A DNA stretch of 64,000 nt. Origin: Reyranella massiliensis 521. Its GTDB lineage: Bacteria > Pseudomonadota > Alphaproteobacteria > Reyranellales > Reyranellaceae. A program made the position numbers and the translations under genes. The stretch covers positions 8,691-72,690 of the forward strand of contig CAMAYC010000004.1 in assembly GCA_945862125.1 (NCBI GenBank), in the 5' to 3' direction. Below, piece after piece: positions 1 to 10,167 of this stretch (within the stretch, counting starts at the first letter, position 1; every line of letters begins with the position of its first letter). Under the pieces are notes generated by a model that did no database searches, was not told the DNA's origin, and saw only the letters and a program-made list of their open reading frames with translations.

Positions 1-464
<464 letters not shown>

Positions 465-472
465 CGCGAGGC

Positions 473-925
473 ATGAACCCCTTCGACTACATGGAGTGGG
501 GGGCCGACTGGGCATGGGGCGTGCCGTTGATCGCGCTCAACGTCGTCATCCACGTCTTCTGCCTCGCGCTGTTCACGCAGAAGGTCGAGGGCGCGCTGCA
601 CGGCTTCAAGTCGCATCGCCACTTCGTGCCGGTCTTCGCCCTGGTCGTGGGCATCGCGGTGATCTTCGTGACCGCCCTGCACATCATCGAGGCCGGTGTA
701 TGGGCCGCCGCGTACCGCGTCACCGGTGCCGTCGCCGACAACAAATCGGCCATGCTCTATTCGTTGGGCGCGCTCACCACCTACGGCCATGACAAGGTGC
801 ATCTCGAAGCCCGGTGGCAGATGATGGGCGCCCTGGAGGCCCTGAACGGCATGCTGCTGTTCGGCCTCACGACAGCGTTCCTGTTCGCCATGATCCAGCG
901 AGTCTGGCCCACGGTGCGGCGGTAG
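473..925 (+). CDS. Small K+-channel-like (Ion_trans_2-type pore loop) membrane protein
   Basis: ATG 473 is in frame with ORF 269..925, 8 nt after the ettA stop. About 150 aa with hydrophobic helices flanking a pore-loop-like LGALTTYGHD that resembles the TVGYG filter region. The upstream part of the listed ORF overlaps ettA and is rejected. Confidence 0.6.
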   Translation: MNPFDYMEWGADWAWGVPLIALNVVIHVFCLALFTQKVEGALHGFKSHRHFVPVFALVVGIAVIFVTALHIIEAGVWAAAYRVTGAVADNKSAMLYSLGALTTYGHDKVHLEARWQMMGALEALNGMLLFGLTTAFLFAMIQRVWPTVRR

Positions 926-931
926 ACGCGC

Positions 932-1729
932 TCAGTTGCCGATCAGGCGAACGGCGTTGAGATGCGGGACCTCTTCCGCCAGGATCTTGCTCATCATTTG
1001 CGCGAGGTCCTTCCGACGGTAGGGCTTCACCAGCAAATGGTTGTTCGCGGCGATATTGCCCTGCCGCACCAGGGCGCCCTCGAAATAGCCTGACTGGAAC
1101 AGGACCCTGATGTCCGGCCGGATCAGCCTGGCCTTTTCGGCAACCTCGCCGCCATCCATGCCGCCGGGCATGACGACATCGGTAAAGAGCACGTCGATGT
1201 CGCCGTCGCGCGCGAGAATGTCGAGGGCTTCGATGCCGCTTGTGGCCACGAGCACGTCGTAGCCGAGCGCCGTCAGCAGATCGACGGAGGTCGCTCGCAC
1301 AGCACCGTCGTCGTCGACCAGCAGCACTTTCTTCCGCCTTCCGGACGCCAGCGCGCGAGGCGGCGCGACCGCGGTGCCGGCTGGGGCCCCCAGGGAGCGC
1401 ATCATGAGGCCGAAGGCCAGAAACTGCAGTTGCGGGTCATAGAGCGGGATTACGATCTCCCAGACCTCGATTTCGGCGCCGTTGCCGTGGCGCCGCCGGC
1501 AAATCTCCCCGTGCCTGCCCAGTTGCCGCGCCATCGCCAGCGCGGCTGGCGACCCGGCCAGGCCGGCGAAAGACCGCCCGATCGTCTCCACCTCGGTGTA
1601 TCCCAACAGCTCCTCGGCGCCGACATTCCAACTCAGCACGTTGCCTTCGGGGTCGAGCACGACCAGCGCGCAGTCGGGCAGGCTGTCAACGAGGAGCTGC
1701 TTCAGGTGACCATGATCGGAACTGTCCAT
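932..1729 (-). CDS. PAS domain-containing response regulator (PAS + receiver, no output domain)
   Basis: ATG at 1729 (MDSSDHG...). PAS-like segment VVLDPEGNVLSWNVGAEELLGYT. C-terminal receiver KVLLVDDD...LFTDVVMPGGMDG...LVKPY. Confidence 0.8.
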   Translation of the reverse strand: MDSSDHGHLKQLLVDSLPDCALVVLDPEGNVLSWNVGAEELLGYTEVETIGRSFAGLAGSPAALAMARQLGRHGEICRRRHGNGAEIEVWEIVIPLYDPQLQFLAFGLMMRSLGAPAGTAVAPPRALASGRRKKVLLVDDDGAVRATSVDLLTALGYDVLVATSGIEALDILARDGDIDVLFTDVVMPGGMDGGEVAEKARLIRPDIRVLFQSGYFEGALVRQGNIAANNHLLVKPYRRKDLAQMMSKILAEEVPHLNAVRLIGN

Positions 1730-1824
1730 GTGATGATCCCCCAGCGTCAGGCGGAGAGCCGCAAACCGGCTTCTCGGCGCTATCGGACGCTTGGGGGACA
1801 ACGCTCGCCACCCGCGATGGTTGC

Positions 1825-1838
1825 GGTTCCCGGGAACC
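1825..1838. promoter_or_regulatory. Perfect 14-bp palindrome GGTTCCCGGGAACC followed by TTTTT in the divergent response-regulator/kinase intergenic region
   Basis: Read directly at 1825-1838, with a T-run at 1839-1843. It could be an operator or a short hairpin. Confidence 0.2.
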
Positions 1839-1933
1839 TTTTTGCCGGTCCCGGCGTTGGGCTCACTTGAGGCACTTTCACTGTCACAAGCGGATGCAGG
1901 GCGGCGGGATACGCACGCGCCTGCACGCAGCGG

Positions 1934-4900
1934 TTGGCCTTCTCGGGTATCCAGATGCCAACAGGCTCGCTCGCTCTAAACCGGCTCTCCATCCGCAAGC
2001 GCGTCGTCGCCCTGATCGCCGCTTACGCGTTTCTCACGGCAGCGGTGCTGGCAGCCCTCCTGCTCTATCTCAGGACCGATGCCATCGCTTCCGGCCAGAA
2101 GGTTCTGGCCGGTTTCGCGGAATTCGCCAACAACCAGACCACCGGCACCTTGAAAGCCATCGAACGGACCCTGAGTGACGCCGAGACAGCTCTCTCCGCT
2201 GCCACCACCACCGGGACCATCGACGTCGACCAACTGCAGCCGCAGCTGGAGGAGCTGCTCAAGGATCGGCCTTTCCTGACGTCGATCCAGATCGTCGACC
2301 GCCAGGGCCGGTTTATTCTCGGCCGAACCGCTGCCGACACCGGTCGGGACGTCTCCGACCGGGACTACTTCATCCGCCAACGTGAGCAGCCCGGGTCGAC
2401 GCTGCTGTGGGGAACGCCGATCAAGGCCCGCTCGAACGGGGAGTGGCTGATCACGGCGACACTGCCGATACGCGGGGCAAATGGCGATTTCGACGGGCTG
2501 ATCGTCGGCACCGTGCCGCTGGCGTACTTCGACGAGGTCTGGAAGGTCGACAACGAGGTCGAGGGTCTGTCGATATCGCTGTGGCGCGACGACGGCATAC
2601 TGCTGATGCGCAGCCCGTTCGACGAGCGAGCCATCGGCTCAGCCACGGAGGGCGGTGCGCTGTTCGCCAGGATACGCGCCGGCCAGGCGAAGGGGCGGTT
2701 CGAGACCATGGCTGGCATGGATGGCGTGCAGCGGATCGTCGTCTTCCGCCGCCTCGACGCCTATCCCACCTTCATCATGTCCTTTGCCCAATCGATCGAC
2801 GAAGCCCTCGCACCATGGTGGCGCACCGTCTGGATCGTCGTCGCCGGCTGGACCATCGCCGCGGCGATGGTCGGCGGCCTCGCGATCCGGGTGGCTCGCG
2901 AATGGAACGCGCGGCTTGCCCTGGAAGAGCGCTACCGCATCCTGTTCGACGCCAATCCCTCCTCCATGGTCGTGTTCAATCGCGAGACGCAACGCTTTCT
3001 CGCGGTCAACAATTCCGCGGTCGCGCAATATGGCTGGTCTCGGGGCGAACTGCTCAAGATGACGATCGATGATCTCTATCTGCCCGGGGATCTGCCGACC
3101 GTCACGGCTTTGCGGCGGCAGATCATGCCCGGCGCCGGGGCACTGTTTACGGAGCTGCGGCATCAGAAGAGGGATGGCACGGTCATCAATGTCGAGGCGA
3201 ACGAGTGCATGATCGACTTTGAAGGCAAACCCGCTTTTCTCTCGATGGCGCGCGATGTCACCGAACGCAAGGCCGTCGAACAGAATCTGGCGCTGATGGA
3301 GAGCCGGTACCGCGGCCTGCTGGAGGCGGCGCCCGATGCCATGGTGGTCGTGAACCAGGCGGGCGAAATCGTGCTGGTCAATGTCCAGGCCGAGACGCAG
3401 TTCGGCTACCGCCGCGACGAGTTGCTGGGCCAGAAGGTCACGAACATCATCCCCGAGGGATTCGCCGAGCGCCTGGTCACCGACGCCACGCGCAGCACGA
3501 CCGACGCGCTGGCCCAGGAGATCGGTACTGGCATCGAGCTGTCGGGCAAGCGCAAGGACGGCACCGACTTTCCCATCGAGATCATGCTGAGCCCGTTGAC
3601 CAGTGCCGAGGGTGTCCTTCTGGTGACGGCGGCGATCCGCAACATCAGCGTCCGCAAGGCTGCCGAGAAGAACCTGACCAAGGTCGAAGACCAGTATCGC
3701 GGCCTGCTGGAGGCGGCGCCCGATGCCATGGTGGTGGTGAACCAGGCGGGCGAGATCGTGCTGGTCAATGTCCAGGCCGAGACGCAGTTCGGCTATCCCC
3801 GCGACGAGTTGCTGGGCCAGAAGGTCACGAACATCATCCCCGAGGGTTTCGCCGAACGGCTGGTCACCGACGCCACGCGCAGCGCGACCGATGCGCTGGC
3901 CCAGGAGATCGGCACCGGCATCGAGCTGTCGGGCAAGCGCAAGGACGGCGCCGAGTTCCCCATCGAGATCATGCTGAGCCCGCTCAAGAGCGCCGATGGC
4001 ATCCTTCTGGTGACGGCGGCGATCCGCAACATCAGCGTCCGCAAGACTGCGGAGAAAAATCTGGTCCAGATGGAGGGCCAGTATCGCGGCCTCCTGGAGG
4101 CCGCGCCCGATGCCATGGTGGTCGTCAACCGGGCGGGCGAGATCGTGCTGCTGAACGTCCAGGCCGAGAAGCAGTTCGGCTACAGCCGAGACGAGCTGCT
4201 CGGCCAGAAGGTCACGAACATCATTCCCGAAGGCTTCGCCGAGCGTCTGGTGACCGACGCCACGCGTAGCGAGACCGATGCGCTGGCCCAGGAGATCGGC
4301 ACGGGCATCGAACTGCTGGGCAAACGCAAGGACGGCGCCCAGTTCCCGATAGAAATCATGCTGAGCCCGCTCACCAGCGCCCAGGGCGTTCTCCTGGTGA
4401 CGGCGGCGATTCGCAATATCAGCGTGCGCAAGACCGGCGAGGAGCAGTTGCGCCAGTCGCAGAAGATGGAGGCTGTCGGTCAGCTTACCGGCGGCATTGC
4501 GCATGACTTCAACAACATCCTGTTCGTGATTCTCGCAAACACGGATGCCCTGCTGGAGGACGAGAGCTTTTCTCCCAGCGTGGCCGACCGCCTCGGCCAG
4601 ATCGACAAAGCCGTGCAACGCGCCGCCGACCTGACCCGTCAGCTCCTGGCTTTCTCCCGCAAGCAGCCGCTGCGCCCGCAGCAAACCGACCTCAACGATC
4701 TCGTGACCGATACCGGCAATCTGCTGCGCCGTTCGCTGGGCGCGCAGATCGAGATCGATACCGCGCTTGCCCCCGAGCTGGGCGTCGTCAGCGTCGACCG
4801 GTCCCAGTTCGAAACGGCGCTGGTCAATCTCTGCCTGAACGCACGCGACGCGATGCCCGGCGGCGGCCACCTGCTGATCGAGACGCAGAACGTCGTGCTC

Positions 4901-5617
4901 GACGAGGAATACTGCATCTTCAACACCGGCGCCGTGCCAGGCGCCTACGCCATGCTTTCAGTCACAGATGCGGGCGCCGGAATTCCCGCGGCCGCACTGA
5001 ACAGGGTCTTCGAACCGTTCTTCACGACCAAGGAGGTCGGCAAGGGCACAGGCCTCGGCCTCAGCATGGTCTATGGCTTCATCAAGCAGTCCAATGGCCA
5101 CATCAGCATCTACAGCGAGGTGGGCCACGGCACCACGGTCAAGCTCTTCCTGCCGCACAGTGAAGGCGTGGTGCAGGAGTTGGCTGCCAACGACAAGACT
5201 CCCGTGCCGGGTGGTACCGAGCGGATCCTGGTCGTCGAGGACGAAATGCAGGTTCGGGACAATGTCGTGCGGCAGCTGCGCAGCCTCGGCTATTCCGTCA
5301 CCGAAGCGCCCGACGGTGCGGCAGGCCTTGCGGCCTTCGAAGCGGCATCGCCGCCCTACGATCTGTTGCTGAGCGACGTCGTGATGCCCGGTCTCCTGAG
5401 CGGCAAGCTCCTTGCGGCCGAGGTGGCGCGTCGCTGGCCGAGAACCAGGATCGTGTTCATGTCGGGCTTCACCGAAACCTCCAGCGTTCGTCATGGACGA
5501 CTCGACGAAGGCTCCCTCTTGTTGAGCAAGCCATTCCGCAAGGCCGACCTCGCCCGGATGATCCGCCACGCGCTGGATGTCGCCCCGCTTCCGGCCGATC
5601 TTGCGCCGGCCGCATAG
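1934..5617 (+). CDS. Hybrid sensor histidine kinase (Cache-like sensor, 4 PAS, HisKA, HATPase_c, receiver)
   Basis: N-terminal TM followed by a Cache-like periplasmic region ([10 protein letters not shown]) and a second TM. One divergent PAS then three near-identical PAS domains. H-box [11 protein letters not shown], ATPase boxes [14 protein letters not shown] / DAGAGIP / [13 protein letters not shown], and a receiver (ILVVEDE...[10 protein letters not shown]...SKPF). The start is uncertain: TTG 1934 or ATG 1955. Confidence 0.9.
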   Translation: MAFSGIQMPTGSLALNRLSIRKRVVALIAAYAFLTAAVLAALLLYLRTDAIASGQKVLAGFAEFANNQTTGTLKAIERTLSDAETALSAATTTGTIDVDQLQPQLEELLKDRPFLTSIQIVDRQGRFILGRTAADTGRDVSDRDYFIRQREQPGSTLLWGTPIKARSNGEWLITATLPIRGANGDFDGLIVGTVPLAYFDEVWKVDNEVEGLSISLWRDDGILLMRSPFDERAIGSATEGGALFARIRAGQAKGRFETMAGMDGVQRIVVFRRLDAYPTFIMSFAQSIDEALAPWWRTVWIVVAGWTIAAAMVGGLAIRVAREWNARLALEERYRILFDANPSSMVVFNRETQRFLAVNNSAVAQYGWSRGELLKMTIDDLYLPGDLPTVTALRRQIMPGAGALFTELRHQKRDGTVINVEANECMIDFEGKPAFLSMARDVTERKAVEQNLALMESRYRGLLEAAPDAMVVVNQAGEIVLVNVQAETQFGYRRDELLGQKVTNIIPEGFAERLVTDATRSTTDALAQEIGTGIELSGKRKDGTDFPIEIMLSPLTSAEGVLLVTAAIRNISVRKAAEKNLTKVEDQYRGLLEAAPDAMVVVNQAGEIVLVNVQAETQFGYPRDELLGQKVTNIIPEGFAERLVTDATRSATDALAQEIGTGIELSGKRKDGAEFPIEIMLSPLKSADGILLVTAAIRNISVRKTAEKNLVQMEGQYRGLLEAAPDAMVVVNRAGEIVLLNVQAEKQFGYSRDELLGQKVTNIIPEGFAERLVTDATRSETDALAQEIGTGIELLGKRKDGAQFPIEIMLSPLTSAQGVLLVTAAIRNISVRKTGEEQLRQSQKMEAVGQLTGGIAHDFNNILFVILANTDALLEDESFSPSVADRLGQIDKAVQRAADLTRQLLAFSRKQPLRPQQTDLNDLVTDTGNLLRRSLGAQIEIDTALAPELGVVSVDRSQFETALVNLCLNARDAMPGGGHLLIETQNVVLDEEYCIFNTGAVPGAYAMLSVTDAGAGIPAAALNRVFEPFFTTKEVGKGTGLGLSMVYGFIKQSNGHISIYSEVGHGTTVKLFLPHSEGVVQELAANDKTPVPGGTERILVVEDEMQVRDNVVRQLRSLGYSVTEAPDGAAGLAAFEAASPPYDLLLSDVVMPGLLSGKLLAAEVARRWPRTRIVFMSGFTETSSVRHGRLDEGSLLLSKPFRKADLARMIRHALDVAPLPADLAPAA
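3308..4468 (+). repeat. Three head-to-tail copies of a 387-bp in-frame unit (one PAS module each) inside the kinase gene
   Basis: Unit starts are at 3308, 3695 and 4082 (TAC/TAT of [16 protein letters not shown]), an exact 387-nt period. The copies are roughly 90% identical by eye. The mirror-image repeated peptides in antisense ORFs 3406..3768, 3793..4128 and 4180..4431 reflect the same array. Confidence 0.95.
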
Positions 5618-5650
5618 CCCGTTCGTGCGCGGCGGGCTATGCTTGCTTTC
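5614..5650 (+). terminator. Possible weak terminator overlapping the kinase stop codon
   Basis: ATAGCCCG (5614-5621) pairs with CGGGCTAT (5633-5640) over an 11-nt loop, followed by GCTTGCTTTC. Confidence 0.25.
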
Positions 5651-5665
5651 AATCAGGAGAGCAGC

Positions 5666-6535
5666 ATGAAAATCGGAGTCTTCGCCACCTTCATGTCGCC
5701 CCAGGCGACGCCGCAGATGATCCGCGACTTCGGCCGCCGCGCCGAAGGCATGGGCATCGAGTCGATCTGGATGGGCGAGCATGTGGCCCTGTTCGACAAG
5801 AACACCTACGGCTATCCCGGCTCGAAGGACGGCCGCATTCCCGTGCCGGACGGCGGCGGCATGCTGGATGTCACAGCCACCTTCGGATTCCTCGCGGCCG
5901 CCACAACCAAGATGCGGCTCGGCACCGGCGTCGCCCTGGTGCCGCAGCGCAACCCGATCTACACGGCCAAGGAGATGTGCACGCTGGACTGGCTGACCGA
6001 CGGCCGCATCGATTTCGGCATCGGCGTCGGCTGGAACAAGGAAGAGGTCGAGGCCTGCGGCTACCGCTGGGAGGATCGCGGCGCACGCTGCGACGAATTC
6101 CTCGAAGTGATGCGCCGGCTGTGGACCGAGCCGGTCGTCGACTTCGCCGGCAAGTGGGTAAAGTTCGAGACCATGCGGCTCGATCCCAAACCGATCCAGA
6201 AGCCGCACGTGCCGATCATCGTCGGCGGCTATGCCGATGCCGCCTTCCGCCGCGCCGTGCGCTTCGGCGCTGGCTGGTATGGCTTCAACTTAGACCCCGA
6301 GCGCACCAGGAGCATGCTGGCCAAGCTCGACGAGGCCTTCGCCAAGGCCGGCCGCAAGCGCGACAGGAAATTCGAGATCATCATCACGCCACCGATGGGC
6401 GCCTCGGCCGATTCGCTCAAGGCCTATGCCGACCTCGGCGTCGATCGGCTGGTCGTGATGCTGGGCAGCCAGCGGCCGGAGAAGGTCGACCCGCGCCTGC
6501 TCGAAATCGAGCAGCTTGTGAAGAAGGCCGCCTAG
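5666..6535 (+). CDS. LLM class (luciferase-like) flavin/F420-dependent oxidoreductase
   Basis: ATG 5666 is preceded by AGGAGA (5655-5660). It has the MKIGVF... luciferase-like TIM-barrel pattern (GIESIWMGEH, RLGTGVALVPQRNP, RIDFGIGVGW). Confidence 0.8.
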   Translation: MKIGVFATFMSPQATPQMIRDFGRRAEGMGIESIWMGEHVALFDKNTYGYPGSKDGRIPVPDGGGMLDVTATFGFLAAATTKMRLGTGVALVPQRNPIYTAKEMCTLDWLTDGRIDFGIGVGWNKEEVEACGYRWEDRGARCDEFLEVMRRLWTEPVVDFAGKWVKFETMRLDPKPIQKPHVPIIVGGYADAAFRRAVRFGAGWYGFNLDPERTRSMLAKLDEAFAKAGRKRDRKFEIIITPPMGASADSLKAYADLGVDRLVVMLGSQRPEKVDPRLLEIEQLVKKAA

Positions 6536-7644
6536 ACGCCGGTGAGGCCGAGGCGATAGACGCGGTTCGCGGTGCCGCTGAAGATCGCCTCCTTCTCGTC
6601 GGCCGATGCACCCGTGGTCATGCGCTTGAAAGCGTTCCAGAGGGCAGCCGGCCCGATGCCCATCTTGTCGACGGGATAGTTGCTCTCCACCATGCAGCGA
6701 CCGGCGCCGAACAAGTCGATGCAGGTTTTCACGTAAGACCCCCAGTACGCCGCGAGTTCCGCCGACGACGGCGGCGCCGGTGCCTGCATGTAGTCGAAGG
6801 CGGCCAGCCGCATCATCACGCCGCCCAGCTTCACCGACACGTTGGGGCAGGCGGCGAGGCCCTTCATGCTCGCCTTCCAGGTGGCGAACACCTCGTCCTT
6901 CTTGCCGGCATAGGGTCCGTAGCCCAGCGGTCCGCCCATATGACACATGACGATGTTGGCGTTGGGGAAGGCTTGCGCGAGGTCGACCACCTCGGCGAGT
7001 TGCGGGTGGAAGACCCAGGCGTCGAGCGAAAGGCCGAGCGCCGCCAGCCGGGCCATGCCGGCGCGGAAGTTCGGCGTGAGATAGAGGCCAGGCCCGTCAT
7101 AGGTATGGCTGTTGCCGATGATCGGATCGGCATCCCACGCCGCCGAATGGCGCACACCGCGGAAGCGCCCGCCACCCGCCGCGATCTCGGCCTCGAGAAC
7201 GGCGGCAACGCGGTCGCCGAGGGTCAGGTCGGCAAAGCCCACGATCCCGGCGCCGACTTTCGTCGCGCCGTAGCGGCCGCTCGCGCTCATGGCGGCGACG
7301 CCGGCCACGAACTCGACCTCGCCCACCGGCTTCATCTCCTCGGGTCCGTGCGCGTGATACATCGACCGGCACTCTTCGAACACGGTCGCCACGACATTGT
7401 GGCCGCAACCGATGTCGGCCAGCAGCTCGTCCAGCAGGTATCGGAAGCCCGGGAAGTCCCAAAGGTGATGGTGGGTATCGACGATCGGCAGTCCGGGCTC
7501 GAGGATCTCCTCCTTCGGCGCCTTGGCCAGCCATGCCTCGTCGGGCTTGAAGATGCGGCCGTACTTGGTCGGCTCGCCAGGCTTGCGGCTGGCCAACATC
7601 GAGCCCAGTGACGAGGCGCCTTTCTGCTCCGTCATGGCCGTCAT
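6532..7644 (-). CDS. Amidohydrolase-2 family metal-dependent hydrolase
   Basis: HxH metal motif DTHHHLWD and an overall PF04909-like pattern. ATG 7644 overlaps the upstream stop (ATGA). An alternative ATG at 7635 has better spacing to GGAGGG. Confidence 0.8.
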   Translation of the reverse strand: MTAMTEQKGASSLGSMLASRKPGEPTKYGRIFKPDEAWLAKAPKEEILEPGLPIVDTHHHLWDFPGFRYLLDELLADIGCGHNVVATVFEECRSMYHAHGPEEMKPVGEVEFVAGVAAMSASGRYGATKVGAGIVGFADLTLGDRVAAVLEAEIAAGGGRFRGVRHSAAWDADPIIGNSHTYDGPGLYLTPNFRAGMARLAALGLSLDAWVFHPQLAEVVDLAQAFPNANIVMCHMGGPLGYGPYAGKKDEVFATWKASMKGLAACPNVSVKLGGVMMRLAAFDYMQAPAPPSSAELAAYWGSYVKTCIDLFGAGRCMVESNYPVDKMGIGPAALWNAFKRMTTGASADEKEAIFSGTANRVYRLGLTGV

Positions 7645-8330
7645 CCCTCCGCGATCAGCCGCGCCAGAGCCTCGGGCTCGGTCAGCATCGGATAGTGGCC
7701 GGTGTCCAGCTCATGCCAGCGGCCCTTCAGCTTGTCGGCCGTGCGGCGCTGGTGCGCGACGGGCGGATTGGAACTCTTTCGGCAATAAATCACCGAGGCA
7801 TTCCACGCCTGATTCCAGAAGCGCTCGAGCTTGACCGGCGCCTGCATAGCGGCGATCGGATGCGGCGTGCAGCGGTCGAGCGCCCAGGCCCGCACCTTCG
7901 GATCGAGATCGGCAAACAGGCGGGTCTCGAAATCCTGCCGCGACGGGCCGGTGCCGAGCTCGGTATTCACCGCGGTGGGCCGCTTCACGATGTCGGGCAA
8001 GGCCTCGCCGTCGAGCAGCGCCAGCGCATCGGCGAACACCACCCGCGCCACCCGTTCGCGCGCCAGCTCGGCCACGCGCGCCATCACCATGCCGCCGGTG
8101 CTGGTGCCGGCCAGCACCACGTCCTTCAGGTCGTTGTAGAACAGGAGCCCGGCAACTTCGTCGGCATGAGTCTCGGTGTTGATGCCGGCGCGGAGCTGGC
8201 CCTTGCGTTCGGCGCAGCCGTCGAGGGTCGGCGCCAGCACAAGATGGCCTTTGGCACGCAGCTGCTCGGCAACGCGATTCCAGATCCAGCCGCCCTGGTA
8301 GGCGCCGTGGATCAGCACGAAGGTGGTCAT
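7641..8330 (-). CDS. Alpha/beta hydrolase (SABP2/methylesterase-like)
   Basis: N-terminus MTTFVLIHGAYQGGWIWNRV resembles SABP2-type esterases. Nucleophile elbow GTSTGG. Confidence 0.8.
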   Translation of the reverse strand: MTTFVLIHGAYQGGWIWNRVAEQLRAKGHLVLAPTLDGCAERKGQLRAGINTETHADEVAGLLFYNDLKDVVLAGTSTGGMVMARVAELARERVARVVFADALALLDGEALPDIVKRPTAVNTELGTGPSRQDFETRLFADLDPKVRAWALDRCTPHPIAAMQAPVKLERFWNQAWNASVIYCRKSSNPPVAHQRRTADKLKGRWHELDTGHYPMLTEPEALARLIAEG

Positions 8331-8333
8331 CGC

Positions 8334-9230
8334 TCAGCTCCCCTTTTTCACTGTCACACCGGCCATTTGCTCGAAGACTTTCACGATCGCCGAGCCGTCC
8401 TGCTTGTTCAGTCCCTTGGCGCGGGCCATCTGGTAGACTTGCTGCGTCACGTTCGCGAGCAGGAGCGGCACGCCCAGCCGCTTGGCAAAGGCGGTCTCCA
8501 ATTCCTGGTCCTTGTAGGAGATGTCGATCGTGCCGCCCGGCTCGAAGTCGCCGCTCAGGATCCGCGGCACGCGCAGCTCCCACGCCGCACTGGCGCCGGT
8601 CGAGACGCGCACCACGTCGTAGATCATCTGCGGATCGAGGCCGGCCTTGACGCCCAGCACCATGGCCTCGGCGACCGCCACGGTGTTGACCTGGACCAGC
8701 ATGTTGTTGACCAGCTTCATGGCGAGGCCGCTGCCCAGCGGCCCGACATGGAACGAGCGACTGCCCATGGGCTTGAACAGGTCCTCGCATTTGGCGAACA
8801 CGGCTGCATCGCCGCCCACGATCACCGAAAGATCGCCCGACTGCGCACGGCCCGTGCCGCCGCTCACCGGCGCATCGAGCATGGCGATGCCCTGGGCCGC
8901 CAGTTGATCGGCCAGGGTCCGCGCGGCGAAGGGATCGATGGTGGCCATGCAGAGAACGATGTGGCCCGGCTTGGCGCCCTTGATGATGCCGCGCTCGCCC
9001 GCGATCACCGCCTGGGCCTGATCGGTCGTCTCGACGATGACGATGGTCCGCTCGACCTCGGCCGCGACGGCCTCGGCCGTGCCGGCAAGTTCGGCGCCCT
9101 TGGCCCGGAGCGGCGCGGTCTTGGTCTGGTCGATGTCGTGCACCACCAGCTTGAAGCCGGCCTTCACGAGATTGAGCGCCATCGGCCCGCCCATGGCGCC
9201 CAGCCCGATGAATCCGACCTTGCCCGCCAT
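8334..9230 (-). CDS. NAD(P)-dependent beta-hydroxyacid dehydrogenase (3-hydroxyisobutyrate dehydrogenase family)
   Basis: Rossmann motif GFIGLGAMGGPMA with family-typical length and pattern. SD GGGAGAAG lies upstream of ATG 9230. Confidence 0.85.
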   Translation of the reverse strand: MAGKVGFIGLGAMGGPMALNLVKAGFKLVVHDIDQTKTAPLRAKGAELAGTAEAVAAEVERTIVIVETTDQAQAVIAGERGIIKGAKPGHIVLCMATIDPFAARTLADQLAAQGIAMLDAPVSGGTGRAQSGDLSVIVGGDAAVFAKCEDLFKPMGSRSFHVGPLGSGLAMKLVNNMLVQVNTVAVAEAMVLGVKAGLDPQMIYDVVRVSTGASAAWELRVPRILSGDFEPGGTIDISYKDQELETAFAKRLGVPLLLANVTQQVYQMARAKGLNKQDGSAIVKVFEQMAGVTVKKGS

Positions 9231-9245
9231 GTTCTTCTCCCAGAC

Positions 9246-10022
9246 TTAAATGCCGCCAGTCACATCGATGGTGAGGCCGGTGACGAAATCGGCGTCGATC
9301 GAGGCGAGAAAGCAGATCACGCGCGCCTGGTCGACCGCCTCGGCGACACGGCGCAGCGGCGTGCGGTCGATCTCTTCGGCCTGGACCGCCTGCGAGCGCT
9401 TCTCCCAATGCGGCCGGATGCGCTCGGTCAGGGTGACTCCGGGAGCGATGGCATTGACGTTGATGCCGTCGGGCCCGAGCTCGTAGGCAAGCTTGCGGGT
9501 AAAGGCGATGATGCCGCCCTTGGACGCGGCATAGGCGCTGGAACTGTTGGGGCTGAGGCCGCGCCCGGCGAACGAGGCCAGGTTGACGATCTTGCCGCTG
9601 CGCTGCCGCTTCATGTGCGGGATCACGGCGTGGGTGAACAGAAAGGTGCCGTCGAGGTTGAACGCGATTAGCTTCTTCCAGTCCGCCAGGCTCAGTTCCT
9701 CGGTCTTGCGCGCCGGGTTGTCGATCACCGTGCTGCCGCCGACACCATTGACCAGAATGTCGATGCGACCATGGTCGCGGATCACATCGGCAATCAGCGC
9801 ATCTACCTGCACAGCATCGAGCGCGTCGGCGAGTTTGCCTTCGGCCCGTCCCGGCCCCTTGCCGCCGGCCTGGCGCAGCGCCGGCACGGCCTCATCCAGC
9901 CGGCCCTGGTGATTGTCGACGACGATCACCGTGCCGCCCTCGCGGACCATCATCTCTGCGGTGGCGCGTCCGATGCCGTTGGCGGCGGCGGTGATCACCG
10001 CCACCTTGTTCGTGAAGCGCAT
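9246..10022 (-). CDS. SDR family oxidoreductase
   Basis: Glycine-rich ITAAANGIGRA and catalytic YAASKGG. ATG 10022 follows GAGGAAA. Confidence 0.85.
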   Translation of the reverse strand: MRFTNKVAVITAAANGIGRATAEMMVREGGTVIVVDNHQGRLDEAVPALRQAGGKGPGRAEGKLADALDAVQVDALIADVIRDHGRIDILVNGVGGSTVIDNPARKTEELSLADWKKLIAFNLDGTFLFTHAVIPHMKRQRSGKIVNLASFAGRGLSPNSSSAYAASKGGIIAFTRKLAYELGPDGINVNAIAPGVTLTERIRPHWEKRSQAVQAEEIDRTPLRRVAEAVDQARVICFLASIDADFVTGLTIDVTGGI

Positions 10023-10167
10023 GGTTTCCTCGCCCCGATCTCTTTCTTGGTTGCCGCGATTGTGCGGCCCCGGCCGGGGGAGTCAATCAGGCCGCCGCCT
10101 GTCGTTTCGCTGGCGGCCATGCCACGATCGCGGGCGTAAAAGACACCTGGAAAGCGCGGAGGACAGC

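Noticed and set aside
3308-4468. Regularly spaced repeats that could be mistaken for a CRISPR-like or other non-coding array
   Set aside because: The period is 387 bp with no unique spacers. The copies are contiguous, in frame and encode complete PAS domains, so this is intragenic domain duplication.
2639-4870. A 743-aa ORF on the minus strand, plus smaller repeated ORFs at 3163-4431 on both strands
   Set aside because: It is entirely antisense to, or frame-shifted within, the well-supported kinase gene. The composition (Arg/Ala/Gly/Asp-rich, no motifs) is typical of high-GC shadow ORFs, and the repeated peptides simply mirror the PAS tandem repeat.
5977-9671. Long ORFs 5977..7611 (+), 7608..9671 (+) and 7711..9408 (-)
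   Set aside because: They overlap four well-supported genes on the opposite strand or in an alternate frame. The low-complexity Arg/Gly/Ala/Pro composition marks them as high-GC artefacts.
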